From contig OX638351.1 in the NCBI GenBank assembly GCA_951813565.1, positions 2,368,001 through 2,432,000 of the forward strand: a stretch of DNA of 64,000 nt. Reading direction: 5' to 3'. Shown one piece after another: positions 10,212 to 18,957 of the stretch (its first letter is position 1; each line of letters opens with the position of its first letter). The position numbers and the translations under genes are program-made. Source of the DNA: an uncultured Poribacteria bacterium (GTDB lineage Bacteria; Poribacteria; WGA-4E; WGA-3G). A model generated the notes under the pieces. That model did no database searches. It had not been told where the DNA came from and saw only the letters and a program-made list of their open reading frames with translations.

Positions 10212-11573
10212 ATGCCAACAATTTTGGAGCGGTATCAAAAAACATTCTCAAAAGATAGAGAATTGGCACAAGCAGCAAACCAGCTTTTCCCGGACGGTGT
10301 AACGCACGATAGCCGTTATATGTTGCCATTCCCGATCTATATTACGCGTGCTGATGGCGCAAAAAAATGGGGACTTGAAGATAGGGCGTTTATTGACTAT
10401 TGGGCAGGACACGGCGCATTACTGCTGGGGCATAATCCACCTGAAGTTGTAGAAGCAGTAACAGCACAAATGCATCGTGGTACGCATTATGGTGCTTGCC
10501 ATCCGCTTGAATTGGAATGGGGTAATCTCGTAACCCAACTGATACCTTCAGCAGAACGCGTTAGGTTTGTGAGTTCTGGCACAGAGGCAACGCTTATGGC
10601 GATTCGTCTGGCACGCACCTACACATGCAAGAATAAGGTGCTGAAGTTTTCTGGACATTTTCACGGTTGGCACGACAGCCTTGTCTTTGGTGCATATCCA
10701 CCCTTTGATATGTCCGTCCCGGGCATACCTCAAGAGGTGCGTGATACCACCCTTCTCTGTCCACCGAACGATATTGATGCTGTTGAAAAACACTTAAAAA
10801 CAGACAAAGATATAGCATGTGTTATACTTGAACCGACAGGCGCCTCCTTTGGAATTGTCCCTACCGATGGCGTATTCTTACAGCAACTTCGTGAACTTAC
10901 ACAGAAGCACGGTGTCCTCCTCATTTTCGACGAGGTGATTACGGGATTTAGAGTTGCACCCGGTGGCGCACAAGCGCACTACAAGGTTACGCCAGATCTG
11001 ACGACACTCGCGAAGATTTTGGCTGGCGGACTTCCCGGCGGAGCACTTGCAGGCAAAAAAGAGATTCTTGAGTTAATTTCAATACAGGCAGAGGAAGAAG
11101 GATTGAAAATGCCACATCCCGGCACATTTAATGCTAATCCGCTCTCTGCATCTGCAGGCATAGCGATGCTCAACATTGTCAAGACCGGTAAACCGCACAA
11201 ACAGGCAAATCGCATCGCACAACAACTCCGTGATGAACTCAATAACGTTATTGATTCGTACGGATTAGACTGGGTAATTTACGGAGAATTTTCTGGTATC
11301 AGACTTCTTATTGGACACGGTGAGAAGGATATGCGCGCCGCCGATTTTGACCCTTACGCTTGGGATTATCGGAAACTCAAAGGTGGCAACGATGAAGAAT
11401 TGCTTACACATCTCCGATGCGGTTTGTTGCTTAATGATGTTGATCTCGCTACCAACGGTGGTATGACAACCGCTGCACATACAGAAGCAGACATCACACA
11501 AACGGTGCATGCCTTTGAACAGACAATTGAATGGATGAAGGCAGATGGATTAATCTTGAAGTCAAATAGGTAA
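10212..11573 (+). CDS. Class III PLP aminotransferase (glutamate-1-semialdehyde aminomutase-like)
   Basis: SSGTEAT, FHGWHD, LLIFDEVITGFR, TLAKILAGGLP, GTFNANP. Confidence 0.9.
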   Translation: MPTILERYQKTFSKDRELAQAANQLFPDGVTHDSRYMLPFPIYITRADGAKKWGLEDRAFIDYWAGHGALLLGHNPPEVVEAVTAQMHRGTHYGACHPLELEWGNLVTQLIPSAERVRFVSSGTEATLMAIRLARTYTCKNKVLKFSGHFHGWHDSLVFGAYPPFDMSVPGIPQEVRDTTLLCPPNDIDAVEKHLKTDKDIACVILEPTGASFGIVPTDGVFLQQLRELTQKHGVLLIFDEVITGFRVAPGGAQAHYKVTPDLTTLAKILAGGLPGGALAGKKEILELISIQAEEEGLKMPHPGTFNANPLSASAGIAMLNIVKTGKPHKQANRIAQQLRDELNNVIDSYGLDWVIYGEFSGIRLLIGHGEKDMRAADFDPYAWDYRKLKGGNDEELLTHLRCGLLLNDVDLATNGGMTTAAHTEADITQTVHAFEQTIEWMKADGLILKSNR

Positions 11574-11583
11574 CCGAAGGTGT

Positions 11584-12819
11584 ATGGATTATTACATCAG
11601 TCCATTCGGAGACGATTCAAACGCGGGCATTTCCACAAAGCAACCTTGGCAGAGCATTGAAAGGGTGAATGTGACCCGATTACAGTGGGGTGATTCGGTA
11701 TGGTTTCATGCTAATCAGACCTTCAAAGGAAATCTCACACTTTCCGAGTCGGATGTGCATACGTTAGATAAACCGATAACATTCGGTTCGTACGGGGACG
11801 GTAAAGCAACGATTAATGCTGGCACCGGTGCCGGTTTGTTTGCAAAAAACCGTGGTGGCGTTGAAATAATAAACCTCAACTTTGTAGGAGCAGCGCAGAA
11901 TACGAGTTCTGGAATCTGGTTTGCTAATACGCTACCGGAACACAAAAAGTTGAAACATATCCGTATTGAAAGGGTTGATGTCAGCGGTTTTAAGCATGCG
12001 GGGATTCGCATCGCCGCGCAGCCGATTGATGGTGGTTGGTGCGGGTTCAGTGATGTAAAAATAACGCACACTAACGTCCATGACAATGGAGATGCGGGGA
12101 TAAGTTCCATAGGCGCATGGAATCCGGAAGAAACGGAATATTCTCACACAAACATCTATGTCGGGAAGTGCCGTGCCTATAGAAACTTGGGCATTCCCGG
12201 CAAAGGGAGTCATTCAGGGAACGGTATTGTCCTTGCACAAGTAGATGGTGCCACGATTGAACATTGTGAAGCTTATGAAAACGGCAAGCTAAACGATTGT
12301 GAAGTTGGCGGTCCTGTCGGTATCTGGACGTGGGATTCAAATCGTGTTCTCATTCAGTTCAATAAATCGCATCACAACCGAACTGGAAGCAGTAAAGATG
12401 GTGGAGGGTTTGATCTGGACGGAGGTGTGCGGAATTCAATTGTGCAGTATAACTATTCACACGATAACGATGGTGCGGGGTATCTGTTAGCACAGTTTGA
12501 AGGTGCAAAAGTGTTTCACAACAATGTTATCCGCTACAATATGAGCAAAAATGATGGACGAAAAAATAGTTACGGCGGTATTCATTTCTGGTCTACCGGT
12601 GCAAACGGCGGTATCAGAAACACGACTATCTATCGGAATACAATCATAATGTCCAAATCTGATGTCGGGAATCCCGCTGCAGTTGACTGCATGAGCGAGG
12701 AAATTCATAGCATCCACTTCTACAACAACACCTTCAAAACCGATGGTGAAGCGGTTCTGATTCGTGGAGAAGATAACCCAAAGGTAATTTTTGAAGGCAA
12801 TACCTGCTTGACTGCTTAA
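11584..12819 (+). CDS. Right-handed parallel beta-helix protein (pectate-lyase-like fold)
   Basis: YYISPFGDDSNAG...PWQSI start; Asn/Gly-rich repeats; DGGGFDLDGG. Confidence 0.82.
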   Translation: MDYYISPFGDDSNAGISTKQPWQSIERVNVTRLQWGDSVWFHANQTFKGNLTLSESDVHTLDKPITFGSYGDGKATINAGTGAGLFAKNRGGVEIINLNFVGAAQNTSSGIWFANTLPEHKKLKHIRIERVDVSGFKHAGIRIAAQPIDGGWCGFSDVKITHTNVHDNGDAGISSIGAWNPEETEYSHTNIYVGKCRAYRNLGIPGKGSHSGNGIVLAQVDGATIEHCEAYENGKLNDCEVGGPVGIWTWDSNRVLIQFNKSHHNRTGSSKDGGGFDLDGGVRNSIVQYNYSHDNDGAGYLLAQFEGAKVFHNNVIRYNMSKNDGRKNSYGGIHFWSTGANGGIRNTTIYRNTIIMSKSDVGNPAAVDCMSEEIHSIHFYNNTFKTDGEAVLIRGEDNPKVIFEGNTCLTA

Positions 12820-12852
12820 TTGATGACGAAGGATTTGACAAGAGGGAGAAAA

Positions 12853-14445
12853 ATGAGGCGTTTTGGAACTCAAGGACGTGTATATCCTGATCGACACTAT
12901 GTTGTCCCACGCACAGAAGAAATTGCTGACTTCATTACTCGTGTGAAAGATGGACGGTATGTCGTTCTCTTTGCGCCGCGCCAAACAGGAAAGACCACCT
13001 TTTTCCGAATGGCACTTGAAGCACTTACCACAGAAGATCCAACCTATTTCCCTATTCAGTTAGATTTCCAAGTGATGCGCAATGGTTCACCTCCTATTTT
13101 TTATGACAGACTCTCTCAAATGCTTCGTAGGCATATTGAGTTTGTTTTACAAAAAAATAAAATGAAACAGAGCGAGGACTTAACGCAATTTTTGGAGGAT
13201 GCACAGTTAAGCGATCATTTTTCGATGTTAACGTACTTTGAAGAATTAGAAATACTGCTTGATAATAAGAAGGTTGTGCTTCTGATTGATGAGTTTGATG
13301 GCATACCGCAAGATGTTGTGAGTGATTTTTTGTATGCCCTTCGAACCATCTATCTCTCTGATGAACTTCAATGCCCACACAGCGTTGGCATAGTAGGTGT
13401 TAAAAGTATCAGTCAACTTAATTATGACCGATCTGTTTCACCGTTTAATATCCAAGACGAATTTCGCTTGCCAAACTTTACGCTTCAACAAGTTCAAGAA
13501 CTACTTTCGCAGTATACGGACGAAGTAGGTCAAGAATTTGCACCCGAAGTGATTGCGTCTATTCATAAGCAGACCGCGGGGCAACCTGTGCTTGTGAACC
13601 GTTTCGCACAAATTCTCACTGAAGAGATGGATATTCCCAAAACCGAAACCATTACCTTTATACACTTCTCAGAGGCACACATGCAGCTTCTTCGTGGACG
13701 AAACACGAATATACAGCATCTAACAACGAATATCCGTAGAGATCGTCGATTTGAAAGTATGCTGATGAAAATCATGGCGCGTGAGGAAGGCGTGGACTTC
13801 AACCTTGATGATGACATCATCAGTGAACTCGCTACCTATGGTGTTATCCAAGAAGGTTCCGACGGTATGTGTGAAATAGCTAATCCGATTTATCTCTACC
13901 GTATCATGAGGACTTTTAAGCCGACAATCAATGGGTTAGAGGATGCGTATTTCTCTGAAGAGAAAGATGAATGTTTTTTGGATTACCTTACGCCTACAGG
14001 ACAGATTGATATGGTAACCCTACTTGATAACTTCCGAGACTTTATCGCTCGTGTCGGTTTCCGAATTTTGCAAGTACCGGATAAACCGCAGGAATATGTT
14101 GGACAACATCTGCTTTATGCCTACCTTGAACAGTTTATCCGCAGCGTAGGTGGAAATATGTACCTTGAAGTACAAACAGGGCGTGGCAGGATGGACCTTC
14201 TCCTCATCCACAACCAGCAAAAATACATTGTTGAAACTAAGATTTGGGAAGGAAATAACCGCTATGCTGCAGGCAAAAAGCAACTTGCAGCATATATGGA
14301 ATTGGAAGGAACTATGGAAGGTTATTATGTTGTATTTGATCATCGCGAGAATCCAGTCCCGTTGGTAGAGACAGAAACAGTAGATGGTGTGGCAATTCGG
14401 AGTTACGTCATTCCTGTAATGCAGGCACGCCCTTCATCAATTTAG
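12853..14445 (+). CDS. AAA-like P-loop ATPase with C-terminal PD-(D/E)xK nuclease-like domain
   Basis: Walker A APRQTGKT, Walker B LLIDEFD, C-terminal EVQTGRGRMDLL...IVETK; GGAG RBS before ATG 12853. Confidence 0.85.
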   Translation: MRRFGTQGRVYPDRHYVVPRTEEIADFITRVKDGRYVVLFAPRQTGKTTFFRMALEALTTEDPTYFPIQLDFQVMRNGSPPIFYDRLSQMLRRHIEFVLQKNKMKQSEDLTQFLEDAQLSDHFSMLTYFEELEILLDNKKVVLLIDEFDGIPQDVVSDFLYALRTIYLSDELQCPHSVGIVGVKSISQLNYDRSVSPFNIQDEFRLPNFTLQQVQELLSQYTDEVGQEFAPEVIASIHKQTAGQPVLVNRFAQILTEEMDIPKTETITFIHFSEAHMQLLRGRNTNIQHLTTNIRRDRRFESMLMKIMAREEGVDFNLDDDIISELATYGVIQEGSDGMCEIANPIYLYRIMRTFKPTINGLEDAYFSEEKDECFLDYLTPTGQIDMVTLLDNFRDFIARVGFRILQVPDKPQEYVGQHLLYAYLEQFIRSVGGNMYLEVQTGRGRMDLLLIHNQQKYIVETKIWEGNNRYAAGKKQLAAYMELEGTMEGYYVVFDHRENPVPLVETETVDGVAIRSYVIPVMQARPSSI

Positions 14446-14519
14446 ACAGAATATTGAAGTAACAAAAAGCATTGCAGCCTTAAGAAAGTCGAAACGAAAT
14501 ATGAAAGGAACAGACGAAA

Positions 14520-15503
14520 ATGAAAACAATTACCTATCGTGATGCTCTAAAAGAAGCACTGATAGAGGAGATGGAACGCGACGAGGCAGTCTTTCTGATG
14601 GGGGAAGATATTGCTGAGTATGGAGGCGCATACAAGGTCACCGATGGTCTTTTTAAACAATTTGGAAAGGATCGTATCCGAAACACCCCGATTTCTGAAG
14701 CCGCTATCATCGGCACAGCACTGGGCGCTGCTGTTACAGGCATGCGTCCTGTCGCGGAACTCATGTATATTGACTTTACAGCGGTCGGTATGGATCAAAT
14801 CGTCAACCAAGTTGCTAAGATTCGCTACATGGTGGGTGGACAGTTAGATGTGCCGCTCGTTATCCGCACGCAAGGTGGTGCGGGACGTTCCTCTGCTGCA
14901 CAGCATGCCCAAAGCCTTGAGGCATGGTTTGTGCATATCCCAGGACTCCTTGTTGTGATGCCCGCTACCCCTTATGATGCAAAAGGATTGCTAAAAACCG
15001 CTATCCGAAATGACAATCCGATTATGTTTATTGAACACAAACTTCTCTATACTGAAGAGGGCGAGATTCCCGATGAGGAGTATACGATTCCTTTGGGGGA
15101 AGCGGATGTTAAACGTGAAGGTGAAGATATAACAATTTTAGCGACATCGCGTATGGTCCTGAAAGCACTTGATGCTGCAGACGAACTGGCTGAAGATAAC
15201 ATTTCAGCGGAGGTTGTTGATCCAAGAACATTGATGCCGCTTGACAAAGAAACCATTTTTGAGTCTGTAAAGAAAACCAATCGTCTCTTAATTGCACACG
15301 AGGCAGTCGGCAGAGCTGGGTTCGGTGCTGAGATCGCTGCGCTCGTTGTTCGCGAAGCGTTTGACTATCTCGATGCGCCAATTGAACGTGTTGCTGCTGC
15401 ACCAGTGCCTGTCCCTTTCGCACCTGTGATGGAAAACTTTGTTATTCCGGATACAGAACAGATTGTTGAAGCTGCTCAAAAGTTGGTCAGATACGAAATT
15501 TGA
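14520..15503 (+). CDS. 2-oxoacid/acetoin dehydrogenase E1 beta subunit
   Basis: MGEDI, TPISE, AAQHAQSLEAW, YLDAPIERV. Confidence 0.93.
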   Translation: MKTITYRDALKEALIEEMERDEAVFLMGEDIAEYGGAYKVTDGLFKQFGKDRIRNTPISEAAIIGTALGAAVTGMRPVAELMYIDFTAVGMDQIVNQVAKIRYMVGGQLDVPLVIRTQGGAGRSSAAQHAQSLEAWFVHIPGLLVVMPATPYDAKGLLKTAIRNDNPIMFIEHKLLYTEEGEIPDEEYTIPLGEADVKREGEDITILATSRMVLKALDAADELAEDNISAEVVDPRTLMPLDKETIFESVKKTNRLLIAHEAVGRAGFGAEIAALVVREAFDYLDAPIERVAAAPVPVPFAPVMENFVIPDTEQIVEAAQKLVRYEI

Positions 15504-15542
15504 AAATTTATAGTCTAATCTAAATATGGGCACACACCTTGG

Positions 15543-15566
15543 TAGGCGCGCTTTGTAAGCGCACCA
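15543..15566 (+). repeat. REP-like hairpin
   Basis: GTAG followed by GCGCTT-TGT-AAGCGC, intergenic. Confidence 0.5.
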
Positions 15567-15645
15567 ATCACGATGTCCCATTAATTGAACCTACCATAAT
15601 TGAACTATTTTCTAAAAAACGTTAGAAATCAGAAGGAGAAATAAT

Positions 15646-16593
15646 ATGGAACTTTCCCAATACTTGCATCTTATCACCGCAAAGCGAATTTTGTTTGTGG
15701 TTATCGGCGTAGCAGTTTTGGTGAGTTTAACAACAAGCTTTTATACTGTTGAAGCAGACGAAATCGCTGTCGTTCTAATGTTCGGGAAAGTTGTCCGACA
15801 AGCAGAACCCGGACTGCATTTCAAGTTACCATTCGGTATTGAGGAAGCCGTTGGTGTTCCGGTCCGAAAGGTCTTCAAAGAAGAATTCGGATTTCGGACT
15901 CTCAAAGCAGGCGTTCGCACCCAGTATGACACGCGAGATTACGCAGAAGAATCCTTACTGCTGACAGGTGATTTAAGCATCGCTGATGTTGAATGGGTAG
16001 TCCAGTATAAAATTAAGGACCCCCAAAAATTTTTATTTTTTGTGAGGAACCCTCAACGTGCTTTGCGTGACCTATCAGAATCAGTCATGAGCCAGGTAAT
16101 TGGTGACCACACTGTTACCGAAGTTTTGACCATCGGACGTATAGAAATTGCAGGAAAGGTTGAACAACATCTGCAGACACTGCTGGATTTATATGAAACG
16201 GGTTTGGATGTAACGACTGTGACCTTGCAGGATGTAAATCCACCAGAAAAGGTAAAATCCGCCTTTAACGCTGTTAACGAGGCGAAGCAGGAAAAAGAAC
16301 GTCTCATTAACGAAGCGTGGCGGGATTATAACCAATCTGTCCCGAAATCCAAGGGGTTGGCACAGCAACAAATTTCAGAAGCACAAGGCTACGCACTGAA
16401 ACGAGTCAACCAAGCACAAGGCGACGCAGATAAATTCAACGCAATACGGACAGAATATGAAAAAGCAAAAGAGGTAACACGCCAACGGCTCTATCTGGAA
16501 GCGATGCAGGAAGTTTTGCCAAAAGTTAAAGAGATTTATATCATTGACGATAAAGCAAACACACCAATCCCAATTCTGCAGCTGAAAGAGTAA
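15646..16593 (+). CDS. hflK: FtsH protease modulator HflK (SPFH family)
   Basis: N-terminal TM, PGLHFKLPFGIE, LLTGD, QDVNPP, VTRQRLYLEAM; adjacent to hflC. Confidence 0.92.
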   Translation: MELSQYLHLITAKRILFVVIGVAVLVSLTTSFYTVEADEIAVVLMFGKVVRQAEPGLHFKLPFGIEEAVGVPVRKVFKEEFGFRTLKAGVRTQYDTRDYAEESLLLTGDLSIADVEWVVQYKIKDPQKFLFFVRNPQRALRDLSESVMSQVIGDHTVTEVLTIGRIEIAGKVEQHLQTLLDLYETGLDVTTVTLQDVNPPEKVKSAFNAVNEAKQEKERLINEAWRDYNQSVPKSKGLAQQQISEAQGYALKRVNQAQGDADKFNAIRTEYEKAKEVTRQRLYLEAMQEVLPKVKEIYIIDDKANTPIPILQLKE

Positions 16594-16634
16594 TTTGCAA
16601 CAGATTACCATATCAACACAAAAGGAGATTACTA

Positions 16635-17594
16635 ATGAAATTCAAGATACTGATACCTTTGATTATCGTTGGCATTATAGTGATTATATTTGCCTCAGGT
16701 GCGTTCTATATTGTAAAAGAAGGTGAACAGGTTGTTATCACTGAATTTGGTCGCCCGGTGGGTGAACCCATTGTCGATGCGGGTTTAAAGATAAAGACAC
16801 CATTCATTCAACAGGTACATCGCTTTGAGAAACGCATCATGGAGTGGGACGGATCCCCAAACCAAATACCAACGAAAGATAAGAGATTCATCTGGCTTGA
16901 TACCACAGCACGCTGGCGGATAAAAGACGCTCTCATCTTCTATCAAGCACTCGGAACAGAAGTACTTGCACAATCACGACTTGATGATATTATCGATTCC
17001 GCCGCGCGGGATTTGGTAACAGCACATATGTTAATTGAAGTTGTGCGAAATTCAAACAGAGTGTTAGAACTTGATGCGGAAATGCTTGGAGAAGAGGAAG
17101 GTCAAACCAAGGAACAGTTAGAAGAGATACAGATTGGCAGAGAGGAAATTACACAAAAAATCCTTGAAAAAGCAAGCGAGGCAGTACCACGATTCGGCAT
17201 AGAACTTGTTGATGTACGCATAAAACGGATCAACTATGTAGATGAAGTCCGACAGAAAGTCTTTGACCAAATGATTTCTGAACGTCAACGTATCTCTGAG
17301 AAATACAAATCGGAGGGTGAAGGCGAAGCGGCGAATATCATGGGGCAGAAACAGAAGGAGTTGGAGCGTATACAATCAGAGGCATACAAGGAAGCGGAAC
17401 AGCTTAAAGGAGCTGCTGATGCGCAAGCCATCCAGATTTATGCGGAAGCGCACGGCAAAGACCCAGAATTTTTCGCCTTTCTTCAAACTTTAGAAACCTA
17501 TCGCAAATCTACTAACGCAAGTACGAAACTCATCTTGACAACAGATAGTGAGCTTTATAAATATCTCAAGGATAGCCAAGCACAAAAGCGTTAA
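16635..17594 (+). CDS. hflC: FtsH protease modulator HflC
   Basis: GLKIKTPFIQ, PTKDKRFI, ELVDVRIKRI, MISERQRI, DPEFFAF. Confidence 0.92.
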   Translation: MKFKILIPLIIVGIIVIIFASGAFYIVKEGEQVVITEFGRPVGEPIVDAGLKIKTPFIQQVHRFEKRIMEWDGSPNQIPTKDKRFIWLDTTARWRIKDALIFYQALGTEVLAQSRLDDIIDSAARDLVTAHMLIEVVRNSNRVLELDAEMLGEEEGQTKEQLEEIQIGREEITQKILEKASEAVPRFGIELVDVRIKRINYVDEVRQKVFDQMISERQRISEKYKSEGEGEAANIMGQKQKELERIQSEAYKEAEQLKGAADAQAIQIYAEAHGKDPEFFAFLQTLETYRKSTNASTKLILTTDSELYKYLKDSQAQKR

Positions 17595-17626
17595 CTGGTG
17601 CTGAACAGGATTTCTAATAGGAGTTC

Positions 17627-17685
17627 GTAGGTTGGGCAGAGCGTAAGCGAAACCTAATGCTATGAATGCCTTTATGGCATTTCGC
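17627..17685 (+). repeat. GTAG REP hairpin followed by a degenerate 36-bp AATCAAC-family hairpin element
   Basis: GTAGGTTGGGCAGAGCGTAAGCGAAACCTAA then TGCTATGAATGC-CTTTATG-GCATTTCGC. Confidence 0.6.
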
Positions 17686-17859
17686 GGATTTTTGGAACTT
17701 GGTGTTGATTCGCGGAGTAAATATTTACACACTTTTGCGAACATATTAACTTGAGGTTTAGTCTTTTTTGTGGTATAGTATACGTGAGTGAAAAATATGA
17801 GATCCACCACGGTTGCAACCGTTATAAAGTGAACACTTAAGCAAATGGCTAAAGAAGAG

Positions 17860-17944
17860 AGGGTGTGTAAATATTTGGTTACATAGGTTCAATTTGCAAT
17901 GATTACGCGGCGTTTTCCACTGTAGGGCGGGGTCCCTGTGCCCC
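17860..17944 (+). mobile_element. Truncated copy of MITE-A (one end only)
   Basis: Near-identical to the reverse complement of about 62342-62426; begins with TIR AGGGTGTGTAAA. Confidence 0.8.
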
Positions 17945-18176
17945 ATAGCCGTCAATTTAAGGATATACCCTCTTGTGGGAGTGAATCAACGCAGCATGCG
18001 CGTCCGGCATGCTGCCAAATCAACGCCAAATGCGACGAGTGCCATACGCGCGCTCGGCGTTGATTCTGCTTTTGGCATTTGTCGGGTTTTCAACCTCGAT
18101 AAGTACATATAAATCGGGCTTATAAAGCCCTCCCACAAGAGGCAATCTGGTAATTTTTTCTTAAATTGACATCCAC
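17945..18176. mobile_element. MITE-B inserted in a REP hairpin
   Basis: Ends ATAGCCGTCAATTTAAG / CTTAAATTGACATCCAC, related to the TIRs at 62154 and 62336; contains an inverted REP pair. Confidence 0.65.
17982..18083. mobile_element. Three 34-bp AATCAAC-hairpin elements (two tandem, one nested in reverse)
   Basis: 17982-18015 (+); 18016-18033 plus 18068-18083 (+); 18034-18067 (-). Removing all 102 bp restores a 26-nt REP. Confidence 0.8.
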
Positions 18177-18236
18177 TGAATGCCAAAAGGCATTCATAGC
18201 GTTGATTTGGGTTTCGCTTTGCTCTATCCGACCTAC
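18177..18236 (-). repeat. GTAG REP carrying a truncated 36-bp-type AATCAAC element
   Basis: Minus strand: GTAGGTCGGATAGAGCAAAGCGAAACC followed by CAAATCAAC-GCTATGAATGCC-TTTT-GGCATTC. Confidence 0.65.
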
Positions 18237-18253
18237 GCGAATGCTTGCGTAGA

Positions 18254-18871
18254 TCAAAACTCCCACTGCAACAACGTTACACGATTATGCCATACAAGCA
18301 CTCCCATCGCGGTGCCTATGGCTGCTCCAGTCAACACATCCGACGTATAATGTCGCCCAAGATAGATACGCGAAAAACCTACCAATCCCGCGCCGATATA
18401 TAACGGTATTCGCCACTTCGGATACCGATACCCAAGAATCGTTGCTGCGCTAAAAGCAATTGTCGCATGTCCTGATGGCAGAGATGGATTCCCAAGGGTT
18501 TCATCAAGAGGGCGTTTTCTGCGAGTCAACCGTTTTAGCCCGTACGTCATCACCCCTGCCCCGATATATGCGGAGGATAACAGCCTTCCTGTATTCCGAT
18601 GGTCCTCATCTCCGTAAGCCATGAGCAAAATAGATAATCCCATGATTGAACGGTAATGCCCGAACTCTGAGATGCCTTCCATAACTGTCCACATCGGTTC
18701 GTTATGTGGAGGTGCGTCGTAGACACGATCAAAAAGCTGCTGATCCCATCGCGCTAAGATATTGTCGGCATTCGCATCTAAACCTGTTGCCAACCAGCAG
18801 AAAAAGAATACGTAGATTAGCAGTGTTTGTTTTTTCGGATAAAAAGATCTTGATTTTATAGAAAGAACCAT
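18254..18871 (-). CDS. PAP2-family membrane phosphatase
   Basis: Motifs KRLTRRKRP, SLPSGH, SRIYLGRHYTSDV. Confidence 0.92.
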   Translation of the reverse strand: MVLSIKSRSFYPKKQTLLIYVFFFCWLATGLDANADNILARWDQQLFDRVYDAPPHNEPMWTVMEGISEFGHYRSIMGLSILLMAYGDEDHRNTGRLLSSAYIGAGVMTYGLKRLTRRKRPLDETLGNPSLPSGHATIAFSAATILGYRYPKWRIPLYIGAGLVGFSRIYLGRHYTSDVLTGAAIGTAMGVLVWHNRVTLLQWEF

Positions 18872-18957
18872 AATTATTTATGCTCACCCCTCAAGTAAAT
18901 CGGGCTTACAAGGTTTCCCTCCCACAAGAGCACTTTTTGATAATTGAATGTCTCCGA

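Noticed and set aside
10212..11573. Assigning the symbol hemL
   Set aside because: The family is clear, but there is no tetrapyrrole gene context and paralogous class III aminotransferases are common.
17982..18083. CRISPR mini-array (34-bp repeats containing TCAACGC..GGCAT)
   Set aside because: No spacers; the units abut or nest, occur in both orientations and have differing stems; no cas genes in the window.
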